Positions 1 to 12,804 of a stretch of DNA of 32,000 nt are shown piece by piece (the stretch's first letter is position 1; each line of letters begins with the position of its first letter). A program made the translations under genes and the position numbers. Where the stretch lies: assembly GCF_018389705.1 (NCBI RefSeq), contig NZ_CP065581.1, positions 720,001 through 752,000 on the forward strand. The letters run 5' to 3'. Source of the DNA: Mycoplasma mycoides subsp. capri. GTDB taxonomy: Bacteria > Bacillota_I > Bacilli_A > Mycoplasmatales > Mycoplasmataceae. The notes beneath the pieces are model-generated. The model did not search any database and was not told the DNA's origin. It saw nothing but the letters and a program-made list of their open reading frames with translations.

Positions 1-1231
1 TTGTTCCTATATTTTGTGGTATTGTTTTATGATCAAAATATATTTTTGTTTTATCTGTTCTTTTAAATAAAAAATCTAATAATCTAGTTGTATATTTTTT
101 ATCTTCTAAAACTTTACTAAACCCATTAATTAATAAAGAAAGGTCTAATTTATTATTAATTAATGGATCAAATCTTTTATCTTCTATTTTTTGATTTAAT
201 AACTGACTTGGATTTGAATATTGTTCGTTAATCACATAATACATACTAAAATATAATTCAGATTGAACATATCTAAATAAGTTATCTAGTATTTTTAAAT
301 AATCAAACTTTAAAAAATAATCTTTTACTTTATTAAAAATAGTTTTAAATTTATCTAATATTTCAATATTTTTTTTATCTTTATTTCATTCTTGTAAAAC
401 TATATTTTTAACATCACTAATAATAAGATCACTAACATCATCAGCAAAATAATCATTATTATTATCACTATAAGTTTTTTTAGTAAAACTGCTTGTAATT
501 AAATTAATGTTTTTATTAAATACTTGTTTAATAGTTAAGTCTTTATAAAAACTTTTATCTACATTTTTAGTTGAAAAAATCTTTGATAAAAGCTTAATCA
601 AAGATTGGTTATTATTAATAAAATCAACAACACTTTTTATAATATTGTTGTTTTTGATCTTATTTAAATGATCTTCATTTTCAAGAGCTTGAGATTGAAA
701 AAAAGATAAACCTAATGATGCTAAAGAAGGAGAAAAACCATTTAAAAAATCTTCTGAAGATCTAGTTAAAGCAGTAATTTTATCAATATTTTTAGGAGTA
801 AATTCACCATTTTTTAAATCAGTAATATCAACTAAATTCTTATTATTATCTCTATATTGTAGTTTTAAATCTTTTTCAATTACATCAATTGATTTTCCAA
901 AATAAGTTCTATAAATATCTGAAACTTTGTTTTTCAAATTAGCATCAGTTTTTTCTGGTTTTCAAATAAAATCTTTTCCAAATTCTTGTTCTAAATATTG
1001 TTCACTTAATTTTTTATTCACATAGTCTTCATTTAAATCTTCAACACTTTTTAAAATTTTACTTTTTGCTAAATAAGAACTAGCATCAATATAACTTTGA
1101 ATTTTGTTTAAATAATTTTGTTTTGATGAATCAACATAAGATCTAATGAAAAATAAAAATCCACTAATAAAAGCAAACATCACTATTAAACTAATTAATC
1201 ACGGTTTTGCTTTTTTAATAGATTTTTTCAT
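1..1231 (-). CDS. Hypothetical membrane-anchored protein, N-terminal part (continues beyond left edge)
   Basis: With TGA=Trp the track ORFs 962..1183 and 386..937 join in one frame and stay open to base 1. Start ATG (cat at 1229-1231) is preceded by an AGAGGGA-like RBS. N-terminus MKKSIKKAKPWLISLIVMFAFISGFLFFI... gives one TM helix followed by a long hydrophilic region. Confidence 0.8.
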
Positions 1232-1444
1232 ATTCCCTCTAAAAGTATTTTTGTACTTATTTTATTAAAGAAGAATTGTTAATCAATACTTGATTTTTTA
1301 AAGGTGTAACTATATACTTAAATGGCATTTTTGTTTTTTTGTTTTTTATTATTAAAAAAAATAAATTTGGTATTTATATTTTTAATAAATGCTTATAAAA
1401 TGTAATTAATAGTAAATTTATGAATTTAGATATGGAACAAATAG

Positions 1445-4400
1445 ATGAGTAATTTATTTTTAATGTTTAAGCAAGGCTTAAAATGAATCTTAAAATTTAA
1501 ATTACAACTAATTATTATTATTTTTTTAACTTTTATAGCTTCTAGTATTTTAACAATCTCTTTTACAACTAATAAACGTTTAAAAACTGCTTATGATCAA
1601 ATAGTTAATAATTCTAAAAGTCAGAAATTTGATTCAACTTATCAAATAGTTGTTGGAAATAAAGCAAAACCTGAAAATGGTGATCCTTTATTTATTCCTA
1701 TTTTTGATTTTGTAAATAAAGAGTATACTGGATTTAATGATGAGGGTTTTAATAATTTTAATTTGTATTTTAATAAGTTTTATGGAAAAGAAACTTTATT
1801 AACTAAAGTAATTAGTTCAGATGAATTTAAAAAAATTTGAACTAATCAAAAAAATAAGAATTTATTTTTAAAAGATCAAGAAGATGAACAAGTAGCAAAA
1901 AATCAAGAAGATTTTGATTTTGAAATTAATGATTTATTATTTAGTACAATGATTGATCTATTAAATAAAAATGATCAATCTATAAGTAATACAGTTATTA
2001 GTAAATATACTAAAACTAATCCAAACTGATATAAACATTTTTTAAAAGATGATAAACCTTTTACTTGATTAGAATTTTTAAACAATAAAGAATTAATTAA
2101 TAAATTAGAAAAAAAATATCCTGAAGAATTAAAAATCTATTATTATTCTTATTATGCTTTTGAATCTTTTTCTCAATATTTATTTAAAACAATTAGAACT
2201 TTTATAAGACATGATCAATGAAAAGATCAAACTGAAAATATAGCAAAAATTGTTTATGAATTTTTATTTGGAATTGAATTTGAGAACAACTTAAAACATG
2301 ATTTTCAAAAAGAATATATAACTACAAATACAAATAAATACACTACTCATTTTAATAAAACAGTACTAAAAACTGAATTTGAAAAAATGAATTTTTTAAA
2401 CACAAATAAAGAAGATACTTTTTTTTATGACATTATAAAAAAAGGCTTTAAAGGAATTTTAAGACCTTTAATTGTTTATTATTCAGAAGATGATAATTAT
2501 ATTGATATTCAAAAAGTTTCTCAATATAGTGAAACAAATGAATTAAGAGGATTTTTATCAGGTTCTAATGTTTATACACAAAACGTTGATAAATTACCAG
2601 ATATTTTTAAAAACAATGAATTAGTTGATTTACTAGTTTTAAATACAAATCCTTTTTTAAATATTACAAATAAAGCATCAGGTTTTTTTATTAGTAATGA
2701 TGATATTAAAAAATCAACTAATAAAGATTTTATGATTAGTGCTGCATTTTTAACTCACCACAAAATAGTAGCTATTGCTAATGGATATGATTTATACATT
2801 AGACCTGAAACTATTTTTAATGATCCAATTACTAAAAAAACATTTAGAATCATTAATATTTCAGACCAAAACCATACTAATTATTTAGTTTTAAATGGTA
2901 ATAAACCAATAAATGCAAGCCAAATTACAGTTAGTAGACAATTTGCAAAAGCTAATAAAATTAAAATTGGATCAAGTCTAAATTTAGGTCAAGCTGTTGG
3001 ATTAGTAGTTTCAGGTTATGCTGTTGATACTTATTCATTTTTCCCAACTTCAGATCCAAATGTGCCTTTACCAAAATCTGATTCTGGTGGATTAATTTAT
3101 GCTAGTGATAAAACAATTGATCAAATTATTGGTGATGAAACTGATCCAAGTAATAATGATCAAACAACTATTTATAATTTCTTTTTAATTAAAAAACAAA
3201 GTGATGCTAATTTAAATAATTTATATTTAGATCATTTTTCAAAATCTACTAAAATTAGAGAAAATATTAATGCTTATAATAGTAAAGATAAAGCAAATAC
3301 TTTTTATAAAACATATGATTTTGATAAATCTTGATATTCATTAAACTGAACTTTATATCAAAAAATTACTTTTTATTACTCATTAGCAACATTTTTAACT
3401 GCTGGTTTAATTGCTTTAATTGCAGCATTAGCAGTATTTGTTGGTGTTATTAAATCAATTCAAGCAAATGCAAAACAAATTGGTATTTTAAAAGCAAATG
3501 GAGTTTATAGCAAAACTATTGCAAGTTCATATATTTGATATGCTTTAATTTTAGTACTAATATCTATACCAATAGGTTGAATGTTTGGAACAGTACTACA
3601 AGTTCCATTTGTAGGAATTTTTAAAGATTATTTTAGTTTAAAAGTTGAAGTAATTGAATTTGATTGAATTTCAGTTTTAATTAGTGTAGCTATTTTTGGA
3701 TTTTTAATTGGTTTATTTTCATTTATTGTTGCTTTATTTAATATTCATAAACCAGTATTACAAGTAATTAATCATACTAAAAAATGATCAAGACCAAGAT
3801 TAACTGATTGGTTAAAAAAATACTTATTTAAAAAAATTAAATTTAATAATTTATTAATGTTAAAACTAACTGAATCTGGTAAAAAACCTTTTAGTTTATT
3901 ATTAATTTTAACTTTTATAGCAACTTTGTTTATATCAATTGGAATAGCAATTCCATCAATTGCTATTCATACTAAAAACAATTATTTTAAAAATATTAAT
4001 TATAATAACGAGTATCAAATTTTTAACAACATTACTAATACTCCACTTGGAAAAGATACTTTAAATCTTTGAAATGGACATGAAAATTTAGATAATAGTT
4101 ATAAAACTATTAAAACAAGACAACAAGATATTAGTTATTATGATGATCCAAATAGTTATACTTTATCAGTTAATAATTCTTCTATTCTTCCAACTTTAGT
4201 TTATAAAATAGATCAAAAAGAAAATAAAGCTGAAATTTTAACTCCATATAAATCATTTATAAAAAATTATTTAGAAACTGGAATTTCAGATTTATATACT
4301 AATTTATTAGATTGATCTGTTTATCAGTTAAGTATTGCAAATAGTAGAAGTATTTCAATTGGAACTATTGAGCAATTATATGCATATATTTTAAATGACG

Positions 4401-6766
4401 CTGATCTTAATAAACATTTTGAAAATGATCAAGCAAAACTAGATTTTTTAAATATTACCACTCAACCTTTAACTCAGTTTGTATCAAAGATATTAGAAGT
4501 TGTGTTTGATAATAAAGTACAAAAAAACACTGATTGAAAAGATAAAATTTTAAACTTAGTTTTAGGTTATGCTCCTACTTTTATAAAATCTTATCTAACA
4601 AATGATTCAAAAAAAACTCAATTAGCTTTTGGGTTTCAATCTCAAAATGTTATTAGTCAAAAAGACCAATTAGCAACTGTGTTTAGTCCTTATTCAAATA
4701 ATTTAAAAACTAATTATCAAATTTTAGGATTAGATAAAACTCAAAATAGTTTTAAAATTGATGACCAATTAAAAAACAAAGTATTTTTATCAAATTCAGA
4801 TATTCAAAATATTTATCAAATTATTAACTCACCATATCAAAAACAAGGTGATGATTTAATTTCAAGTTCAACAAATCAAATTCTTTATAATAGAAAAACT
4901 AATACTTTAAATGTACCAACTATTTTAAATCAAACTTTAAATAATCATTTTTTAAATAATCAAAATATTTTAGATAATATTAGTTCTTATAATTCTCAAT
5001 TAATGTATAAAACTAAATCAAATGATTTTAAAATTCTACCAAAACAAGCTTGATTATATGATGATACTGATTATTTAAATACTAAATATGTAACTAAACA
5101 TACTAAATGAATAGATCAACCAATTCAAAGTATTAATGATCAAAATAACTATTCTTCTTATGGATATGAAATGGTTGAAAATGATAATAAAAAACATTAT
5201 TATTTAAATCCATATAATTTAGATGTTAATAAATTTACTCAAAGACAAGTAATTGATTTGTGATCTGATAAAAATGAAAATAATAATGATTTAAGTATTG
5301 AAAAACAAGTAGATAATATTGTTGAAAATTCTCCTATTTTTGGTGATTTTGTCATTAATAAAAACGGAGAAATAATTAAGTCATTTTTAAGACCTTATTA
5401 TCAATTAAGAAACTTAAAATTATTTATTCCAATTTCTGATGAAATTAGTTGAGAAGATTTTGCAAAATATGCTTTAGGTTGAGGAAATAATCAAGAACCA
5501 AACGATGATTGAAAAACTAATTTAGAAAAACAAGACGAACACACTAGAGAATATATTCAACCAGCTTTAAAAAAATTAAAAATTAATCAAGTTCCATTAT
5601 CTGTAAAAAATGCTTGAGATTCAGTTTTAACAAATAAAAACATAACAGATTATATTGAAATTAGACCTTATGATTTTTCAATAGAACAAGAAAGAAGAAT
5701 TGATAGACGTCATATTTATTTTCAATTTACTCCAGGATATATAAATATTAAAGGAGTTTTAAAATCAGCTCCAACAACATCTTTAGATAATTTAATTTTA
5801 AATGGTAGTGCTTTATTTTATAGAAGAGCGCTTGGTAAAAGAAAAAATATAGCTCCTATTTTAAAACTTGAAAACAATAAAGTTAATTATGTTAATAAAG
5901 ATTTAAAAATTAAACTAACAAATATAGGAGTTAGTGATATATATGGAAAATCATATGCAATTATTGATTCAGATTTAGCTAATATGATTTATGGATATGA
6001 TATTAGTAGATCTATAAATTATGATTATCGTCCATTTGATACTTCAAAAATTATTAAGAAAAATCAATTATTTAATACTTATAACACTACAAATTGAGAA
6101 AAACAAAATATTATAGATCCTTGAAAAAATACTTATTTAAAATCAAAAAATGTGTATGATTATTCACCACATTATTACTACAATACAATTTTTTCAAATT
6201 CTAATGAACCTTTAACAATTACAAGTTCAATTTCAATTATTCCTGAAAAAAGACTAGGTTTAGCAATTATTGATTTATTAAATTTAAGCGATTATAAAAC
6301 AGCAATTTCTAATGTTAATTTTATAAACCAAACTAAACAATTAATTGATCAATTAACTAAAACTTCAATTTATATAGCAATTATTATAATAACTGCAATT
6401 AGTTTATCGGCTTCACTTTTAATTATGCTTATTACTAATATATATATAAGTCAATATAAATCATTTATGATTATGTTAAGAAGTATGGGTTATACAAATA
6501 AACAAACAATTTGATATGTTTTAGGAATTACAAAAATCTTTAATATATTAGTGATTATTTTAACAATAAGTAGTATTTTTCTACCAATTATGTTATTAAA
6601 TAAACTACTAGTAATTAATAATATTTCTATACCAATATCAGTACAGTGATGATCTTTATTAGTTTGTTTAATTATAGTTTTATTTTCATTTTTTATTGCA
6701 ATATGAATTTCAACTAAAAGCATTAGAAACACACAATTAAGTGAAATTTTAAATCAATCAGAATAA
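1445..6766 (+). CDS. Large FtsX-like ABC transporter permease (1773 aa)
   Basis: Continuous frame under code 4; track ORFs 2387, 3857, 4679 and 6152 are all in phase. N-terminal TM, large extracytoplasmic region, then FtsX-like TM blocks (LATFLTAGLIALIAALAVFVGVIKSIQANAKQIGILKANGV...; C-terminal SLSASLLIMLITNIYISQYKSFMIMLRSMGYTNKQTI...). Confidence 0.85.
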
Positions 6767-6797
6767 AAACAAGATGAAAAAATCATCTTGTTTTTTT
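6765..6797. terminator. Bidirectional rho-independent terminator between convergent genes
   Basis: Inverted repeat AAAACAAGATGA / TCATCTTGTTTT with T tract on both strands. Confidence 0.8.
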
Positions 6798-6800
6798 ATA

Positions 6801-7364
6801 TTAAATAAAACTTTTTATATATAAAGGGTTTAATTTGTTATCATCATCAATTTTAATAAAATGTTTTTTTAAATCTAAATAATGTTTTAAATAATCAAAT
6901 TGATAATCATTTACTAATTTATAATCTTGATACTGATTAATTAAATTATTGATTTGATCTTGATCAATTAAACTAATCTCTAATAATTGTTTAGCATTAT
7001 TATAAACACTAACATAATACTTATTACTTCTTGCATCAATACATGAAATTATTTTATTTAATCCTGCTTGATATAATAATGAATTTATAATAAATACATC
7101 AAAATTATTATTTAATACTTTTAAGGTTTTAACTATTGTTAATCCAACTCTAACACCAGTATAACTACCAGGACCAATTGTTAAATAAAAAGCTTTAAGA
7201 TCATTTAAAGTTAAATTATTATTTTTTAAAAATTCTTCTAATTTTAAAATAGCAATATCTGAAAGTTTTTTATTATTTAAAATAATTAAAGAATCAATAA
7301 TTTGATTATCTTTTTCTAATAGATAAATCAATTTTCAATTAGTAGTATCTATAAATAAGTTCAT
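6801..7364 (-). CDS. tsaB: tRNA N6-threonylcarbamoyladenosine biosynthesis protein TsaB
   Basis: MNLFIDTTNWKLIYLL... with motif GPGSYTGVRVGLTIVK; RBS TAGGAG upstream; TGA-Trp near the start explains the shorter track ORF. Confidence 0.85.
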
Positions 7365-7365
7365 C

Positions 7366-7782
7366 TTATTCTCCTATAAAAAATAAACGTTGGTTTTCAT
7401 CTATAATTTTAATTTCAATAATTAACTTATTTATAACATTTAAATCTAAATCTAAATTTTCATATCATTCAATAATATTTAATCCATCTAAAAATTCATC
7501 TAAATACATTTCTATTTCACTATCATTATTTAATCTATAAGCATCCATATGATTGATTTTTAAATCATCTATAAAATATTGATTCATTATTACAAAACTT
7601 GGTGAAGTAATATTATCTTTTATATTAAATTGTTCTAATAAAGCTTTTGTAAAAGTAGTTTTACCAGCTCCTAAATCTCCTTTTAATAAAATATAAAAAG
7701 GGATTTTTTGATTTTGAATGATCTTTTTTATTTTTTTTGCTATTTTATAAGTTTGTTCTAAATTATTGACTTTAACTTTCAT
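7366..7782 (-). CDS. tsaE: tRNA threonylcarbamoyladenosine biosynthesis ATPase TsaE
   Basis: P-loop LKGDLGAGKTTFTKALL, TSPSFV, and HMDAYRL motifs; adjacent to tsaB; code 4 extends the C-terminus past the TGA at the track stop. Confidence 0.87.
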
Positions 7783-7901
7783 ATATAACCTCATTTACTT
7801 TAATTATAAAACTGTTTTTTATAACAAATTATTGTAATTATTCATTCTAATAGTTAATTTTAAAAACTTTTTTTCTAATACTTTAATAGGAGATGATTAG
7901 A

Positions 7902-9311
7902 ATGTTTTTAACTTTATTATCAAGTATGAATTTAACAAATATAAAAGAACCTAATTTAATAAAAACTAATATAATACAAAATTATCGATCTGAATTTAAT
8001 CTAAGTGAAAAAGTAAATATTTCAAGAAGTATTAAAGCTTCAAACACACCTAGTAAAAATAATGATAATAATTTTTATATTTTAAAAAGTTCAGCTAATT
8101 TTTATAATCAAACTGTTGAAAATATTTTAAAAGGTTTTAATTTTAAATTATCAGATGAATATATTAGTTTTATTAAAGATGGATTCAAACTAGAAATAAG
8201 TTTAACAGTAAATTTAGAATTTATAAATACTAAAGATCAGTATTTTAATAATAAATATGATTTAGTCTTTTATTTATCTAATAATAGTTTTACAAATCAA
8301 AGTAGTAAAGATGTGATATGAAAAAATGTAAGATATCAAACTTCAGATAAAATGATTACTGATTATATTGATACTAAAAATCATTGACAGTTTTCATTTA
8401 ATAAAGAACTTTATTTATTTAATTTAAGACACGTTTTTAATAAAAAGTATAATTTTAGATTTACAGACTTTAATAATTTGTATAGTTTTAATTCTTTAAA
8501 ATATAATATTGATACTATTAAATACCGTTTTTATACTCCGCTTTCTTTATATAGTCAAATAAAAGATTTTAATTTCAATATTAATAAAGATAATATAAGT
8601 ATTGATGATATTAAAAAACAAATTTATATTCAACAAACTAGTTTGAAAAACTCTGAATTTTATAAACAAAACAAAGTTTTATGAGATGGGTTATATGACA
8701 ATTTAAAACTAGAACTAGAAGAAGAAAAAAAATTCAAGCGTTTTATTTGAGATGATAAAATCGTTGTTAAAATCACTTTACCAATAAAATCAAAATATAA
8801 AAAATATTTAAAAGATATTTATTTTATAAATACTTATTTTAAAAAAATAGATTTAAATTGATTAATTGAAATAGATGAACTAGAAATAAATAAAACTGAT
8901 TTAAATAATATTAATAAATTATTTGATGATTTAAATTTATTGTTTTTAACAGCTTTTGATACTGAAATTAAAGATAATATTTTAATTATTAAGCCAAAAA
9001 AAGAATATGAGTATAAGTTTTATAATCAAAAACAAATTCTTTTAAAGTTTAAAGATGAAAATATAAATACAATCAATTCTGATACTAATAATCAAAATCA
9101 GTTAACTAATTCAAATATTAATCAAAATCAACAAATAGAATCTAGAGTTAATCAAACTAATATAACTAATAATTCTACTAATAATACTATTTTAAAAAGC
9201 CCTTATTTTTATATGAGTGTTGCTATAAGCTTACTTTTTATAATTTGTTTATTATTTTTATTAAATAAAATTGTCATAAAATACTTGAATAAAAAAAGAA
9301 AAAGTACTTAA
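7902..9311 (+). CDS. Uncharacterised protein with Asn/Gln-rich linker and single C-terminal TM helix
   Basis: In-frame join of 7893, 8478 and 8940 ORFs; AGGAG RBS suits the ATG at 7902 better than 7893. C-terminus ...NQNQLTNSNINQNQQIESRVNQTNITNNSTNN...SPYFYMSVAISLLFIICLLFLLNKIVIKYLNKKRKST. Confidence 0.75.
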
Positions 9312-9339
9312 ATGATAAAATAAATTTCATAGGTAGATT

Positions 9340-10098
9340 ATGAAAATAAAAGCAGTAGGTCTTTCAGAAAAAGGAAATTTCAGAAAAGAAAATCAAGATT
9401 TTTTAAATTATTATAAAAACAGCGATGGTTCATTTTTAGCAATTATTTGTGATGGTATGGGTGGACATAAGCGCGGAGAAATTGCTTCAAGACTAGCAGT
9501 TGATACGCTTGTTGATCTTTTTAAAAAAACTAGTTTTGATAAAAAAGAAAGTAAAGAAATTTTTTCATGACTAGAAAAAAGTGTCTCATATATTATTAAT
9601 GTTATGAAAAAATATGTTGAAGATTTTATAGAAGCAAAAGATATGGGAACAACGCTATCTGCTATTTTAATAGCAAATAATAATGCTCATATTATTAATA
9701 TTGGAGATTCACGAATTTATCATTTAAAAGATCAAAGTTTAAATCAAATTACAATTGATCAAAATTTAATGAACTCTAATTATGATATACAAAAAATCAG
9801 ACAACAAGCTCAAAGATATTATGGAACTAAGTTTAATGAAAATACTTATTGAAAAAGTTTAACAAGTGCTTTAGGTCCTGCTAAAAAACTAAAAATTGAT
9901 AGCTATTTTTTAAAAAATAGTAATGGTTTATTTTGTTTAACAACTGATGGAATACATGATTTTATTGACTCAAAAACTTTTAAAGATTACTTAGATTTAA
10001 AATCTTCATTAAAAACTAAAGCAAAAAACATCATTAAATATTCTATTAATAACTTATCAACAGATAATTTATCAATAATTTTATTAGAGGTTTTATAA
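9340..10098 (+). CDS. prpC: PP2C-family Ser/Thr protein phosphatase
   Basis: Motifs KENQDF, ICDGMGGHKRGEIAS, NIGDSRIYHL, TTDGIHDF, STDNLSIIL; stop overlaps prkC start (TAATG). Confidence 0.88.
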
Positions 10099-11213
10099 TG
10101 CCAAAAACTAAAAAAGATTTAGGAATAAATAAAGAAGAATTATTAAATCAAGTTGTTAATAATAGATACAAATTAATTAAATATTTAAATTCTGGAGCTT
10201 TTGCAGTTGTTTTTAAAGCACTTGATTTAGATGCTTCTGTTTTAGAAAAAAAAGATGTTTTTGTTGCTGTAAAAATTATTTTAAAAGCTAAAAATAAAAA
10301 TATTGAAACAATTAAAAAACGTCTATTTTTAGAAACCAATACTTTTGCAAAATTATCATTTTCAAAAAACATTGTAAAAATGAAAGATGTTTTTAGTTGA
10401 CAAAATTATTATGTAATTGTTATGGAACTTATTGAGGGTGCTGATTTAAGTAAAAAGTTCAATGCATATAATAACGTCTTATCTAATAAAGAATTTATTT
10501 ATTATTTTTTACAAATTACTAAAGGTTTAAAAGAAATTCATGATAACAACATTATTCATAGAGATGTTAAACCAGCAAATATTTTAATTACAAATGATTC
10601 AAAAGTAAGAATTTCTGATTTTGGTATTTCTAAAATTAAAAGTATTATTTTAGATGATCATCACAATCATATTTCACCAGGAACACCAAGATACACAGCT
10701 CCAGAGCAATTTATAAATTTTGAATCAAGAAAAGATGCTTTTTATTTTGAATCAGATATTTATTCAATTGGTGTGATAATGTATGAGTTTTTAACAGGTA
10801 GCATGTTGTATTTAAATTATGGATCTAATCATACTAGTTCAAAAGAAAAAGAACGCACTAATTTTCAACAAAACATTTTAAAAGATATTACTAGACCAAG
10901 AGAAATTAATCCAAATATTTCTCAAGCACTAGAAAACATTATAATGAAATGTTTAGCAAAAGATTATAAAAATAGATATCACACATTTGATCAAATCATT
11001 GAAGATTTAGAACAAGCAAGACAACAACCAGATGTTAATATTGATTTTCCAAATATGTGATGAGAAGATGAAAATTATTTAAATATTAAAAATAACAATA
11101 CTTTAAAATATAAATATTTTTTTAAAAACACCAACTTTAAATACTTTTTATTTTGAATTTCAATAGTTATTAGTTTATTTATTGTTTTTTTAATAGTATT
11201 AATTTTGAAATAA
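10098..11213 (+). CDS. prkC: Ser/Thr protein kinase, PrkC/Hanks type, without PASTA domains
   Basis: VAVKII, HRDVKPANILI, DFGISK, APEQF motifs; one C-terminal TM (NFKYFLFWISIVISLFIVFLIVLILK) immediately before the stop. Confidence 0.88.
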
Positions 11214-11222
11214 GGTGAGTAA

Positions 11223-12125
11223 ATGCAAGGGATTTTAATTAAAAAAGATAGTAATGAAAGTTATGTTTTTTATAAAAACAATATATATAAAGTATATGCA
11301 AAAGGTAATTTAAAAAAAGAACTAAAACCTAAAGTTGGAGATATTGTTGAATTTAGTATTTTAGAAGATGGAAACGGTTATATTAAAGAAATAAAACCAA
11401 GAAAAAATAGTTTAGATAGACCAAAAATCGCAAATGTTGATCAAGTACTAATAGTTACTGCATTATATGAACCTTTATTTTCATCATTTTTATTAAATAA
11501 ATATATTATGATGTTAGAAACACTAAAAATTAAACCAATTTTAATTTTTACTAAAGTTGATTTATTAAAACAAACACCATATTATCAAGAAGTTATGCAT
11601 AAAATTAATTGATATGAAAAAATGCATTATGAAGTTTTAATCATTAATAATAAAGATAATTTAGAAAATAAAAAAGCAATCATTGAAAAACTAAAAAGTT
11701 TTTTAGAAAACAAAATTAGTGTTTTTACAGGACAAACTGGAGCTGGTAAATCTACTACTTTAAATAACTTTTTAGATATGAATAACCAAATTAAAACTAA
11801 TGAAATTTCAAAAAAACTAAATAGAGGAAAACATACTACAACTAGTATTCAACTTTATAATTTAGAAAATAATATTTTTATAGCTGACACTCCAGGATTT
11901 TCAGCATTTGATTTAAATAATATTGATATTGAGCATATTTTATATTCTTGAGAAACATTTATTCCTTTTTTAAACAAATGTAAATTTGTTGATTGCACAC
12001 ATACTCATGAAAGTAAATGTGAAGTAAAAAAAGCTGTAGCTGAGCATTTACTACCAACATTCATTTATAATGATTATGTAAAAGTGTATGAAGAATTAAA
12101 GCAAAATAGAAAGAATAAATATTAA
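11223..12125 (+). CDS. rsgA: Small ribosomal subunit biogenesis GTPase RsgA
   Basis: Circularly permuted GTPase motifs: FTKVDL, then GQTGAGKSTTLNNF, then DTPGFSAF; C-terminal Cys/His cluster CKFVDCTHTHESKCEV. Confidence 0.9.
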
Positions 12126-12126
12126 G

Positions 12127-12804
12127 ATGAAAAAGTATATTATCGCTCCTTCAGTATTATCAGCTAATTTTATGGATCTAAAAAATGAATTAGAATTATG
12201 TAAAAAAAATAATATAAATTGAATTCATTATGATGTTATGGATTTTGATTTTGTTCCAAATTTAACTTTTGGTTCTAAAATTCTACACGATATTAAAAAA
12301 AATATTGATATTAATGTTGATGTGCATTTTATGGTTAGTGTTAAAACAAAACAATTTGAAGACTTTTTTTTAGATTATATAAAAGCAAAACCAGAAATGA
12401 TGACAATGCATATTGAATCATTAAAAGATGATAATACAATCAATAAATTTATTAATTTATGTAAACAAAATAATATTTTAGCTTCTTTAGCTATTTCACC
12501 AAAAACTGATGTTAGTTTAATTTATCCTTATTTAGATAAATTAGATAATGTCTTAGTTATGAGCGTTGAACCAGGGTTTGGTGGTCAAAAATTCATTTCA
12601 TCTAGTTTAGAAAAAATTCAAATTTTAGATCAATTAAGAAATACAAAAAATTATAAATACACTATTGAAGTTGATGGTGGAATTAATGAACAAACTTCAG
12701 TTTTAGTAAAACAAGCTGGAGTTGATATGATAGTAGCTGGTAGTTATTTATTTGGTAGCGATGATTTTACAAAAAGAGCAAAAGGATTATTTGATGAACT
12801 ATAA
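12127..12804 (+). CDS. rpe: Ribulose-phosphate 3-epimerase
   Basis: APSVLSANF, HYDVMD, FVPNLTFG, MSVEPGFGGQKFI, EVDGGIN motifs. Confidence 0.9.

Noticed and set aside
2387-5053. Apparent string of broken ORFs suggesting a decayed pseudogene
   Set aside because: All breaks are TGA codons in one continuous frame; under code 4 the gene is intact.
6490-6732. Minus-strand ORF of 80 aa
   Set aside because: Shadow ORF antisense to the C-terminal TM region of the permease; no RBS or recognisable protein.
9078-9190. Repetitive AATCAAAATCAA-like sequence, possible tandem repeat or CRISPR-like array
   Set aside because: It is an Asn/Gln-rich coding linker with irregular units; no constant repeat-spacer pattern.
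10148-10372. Minus-strand ORF of 74 aa
   Set aside because: Antisense to the prkC catalytic domain; low-complexity shadow ORF.
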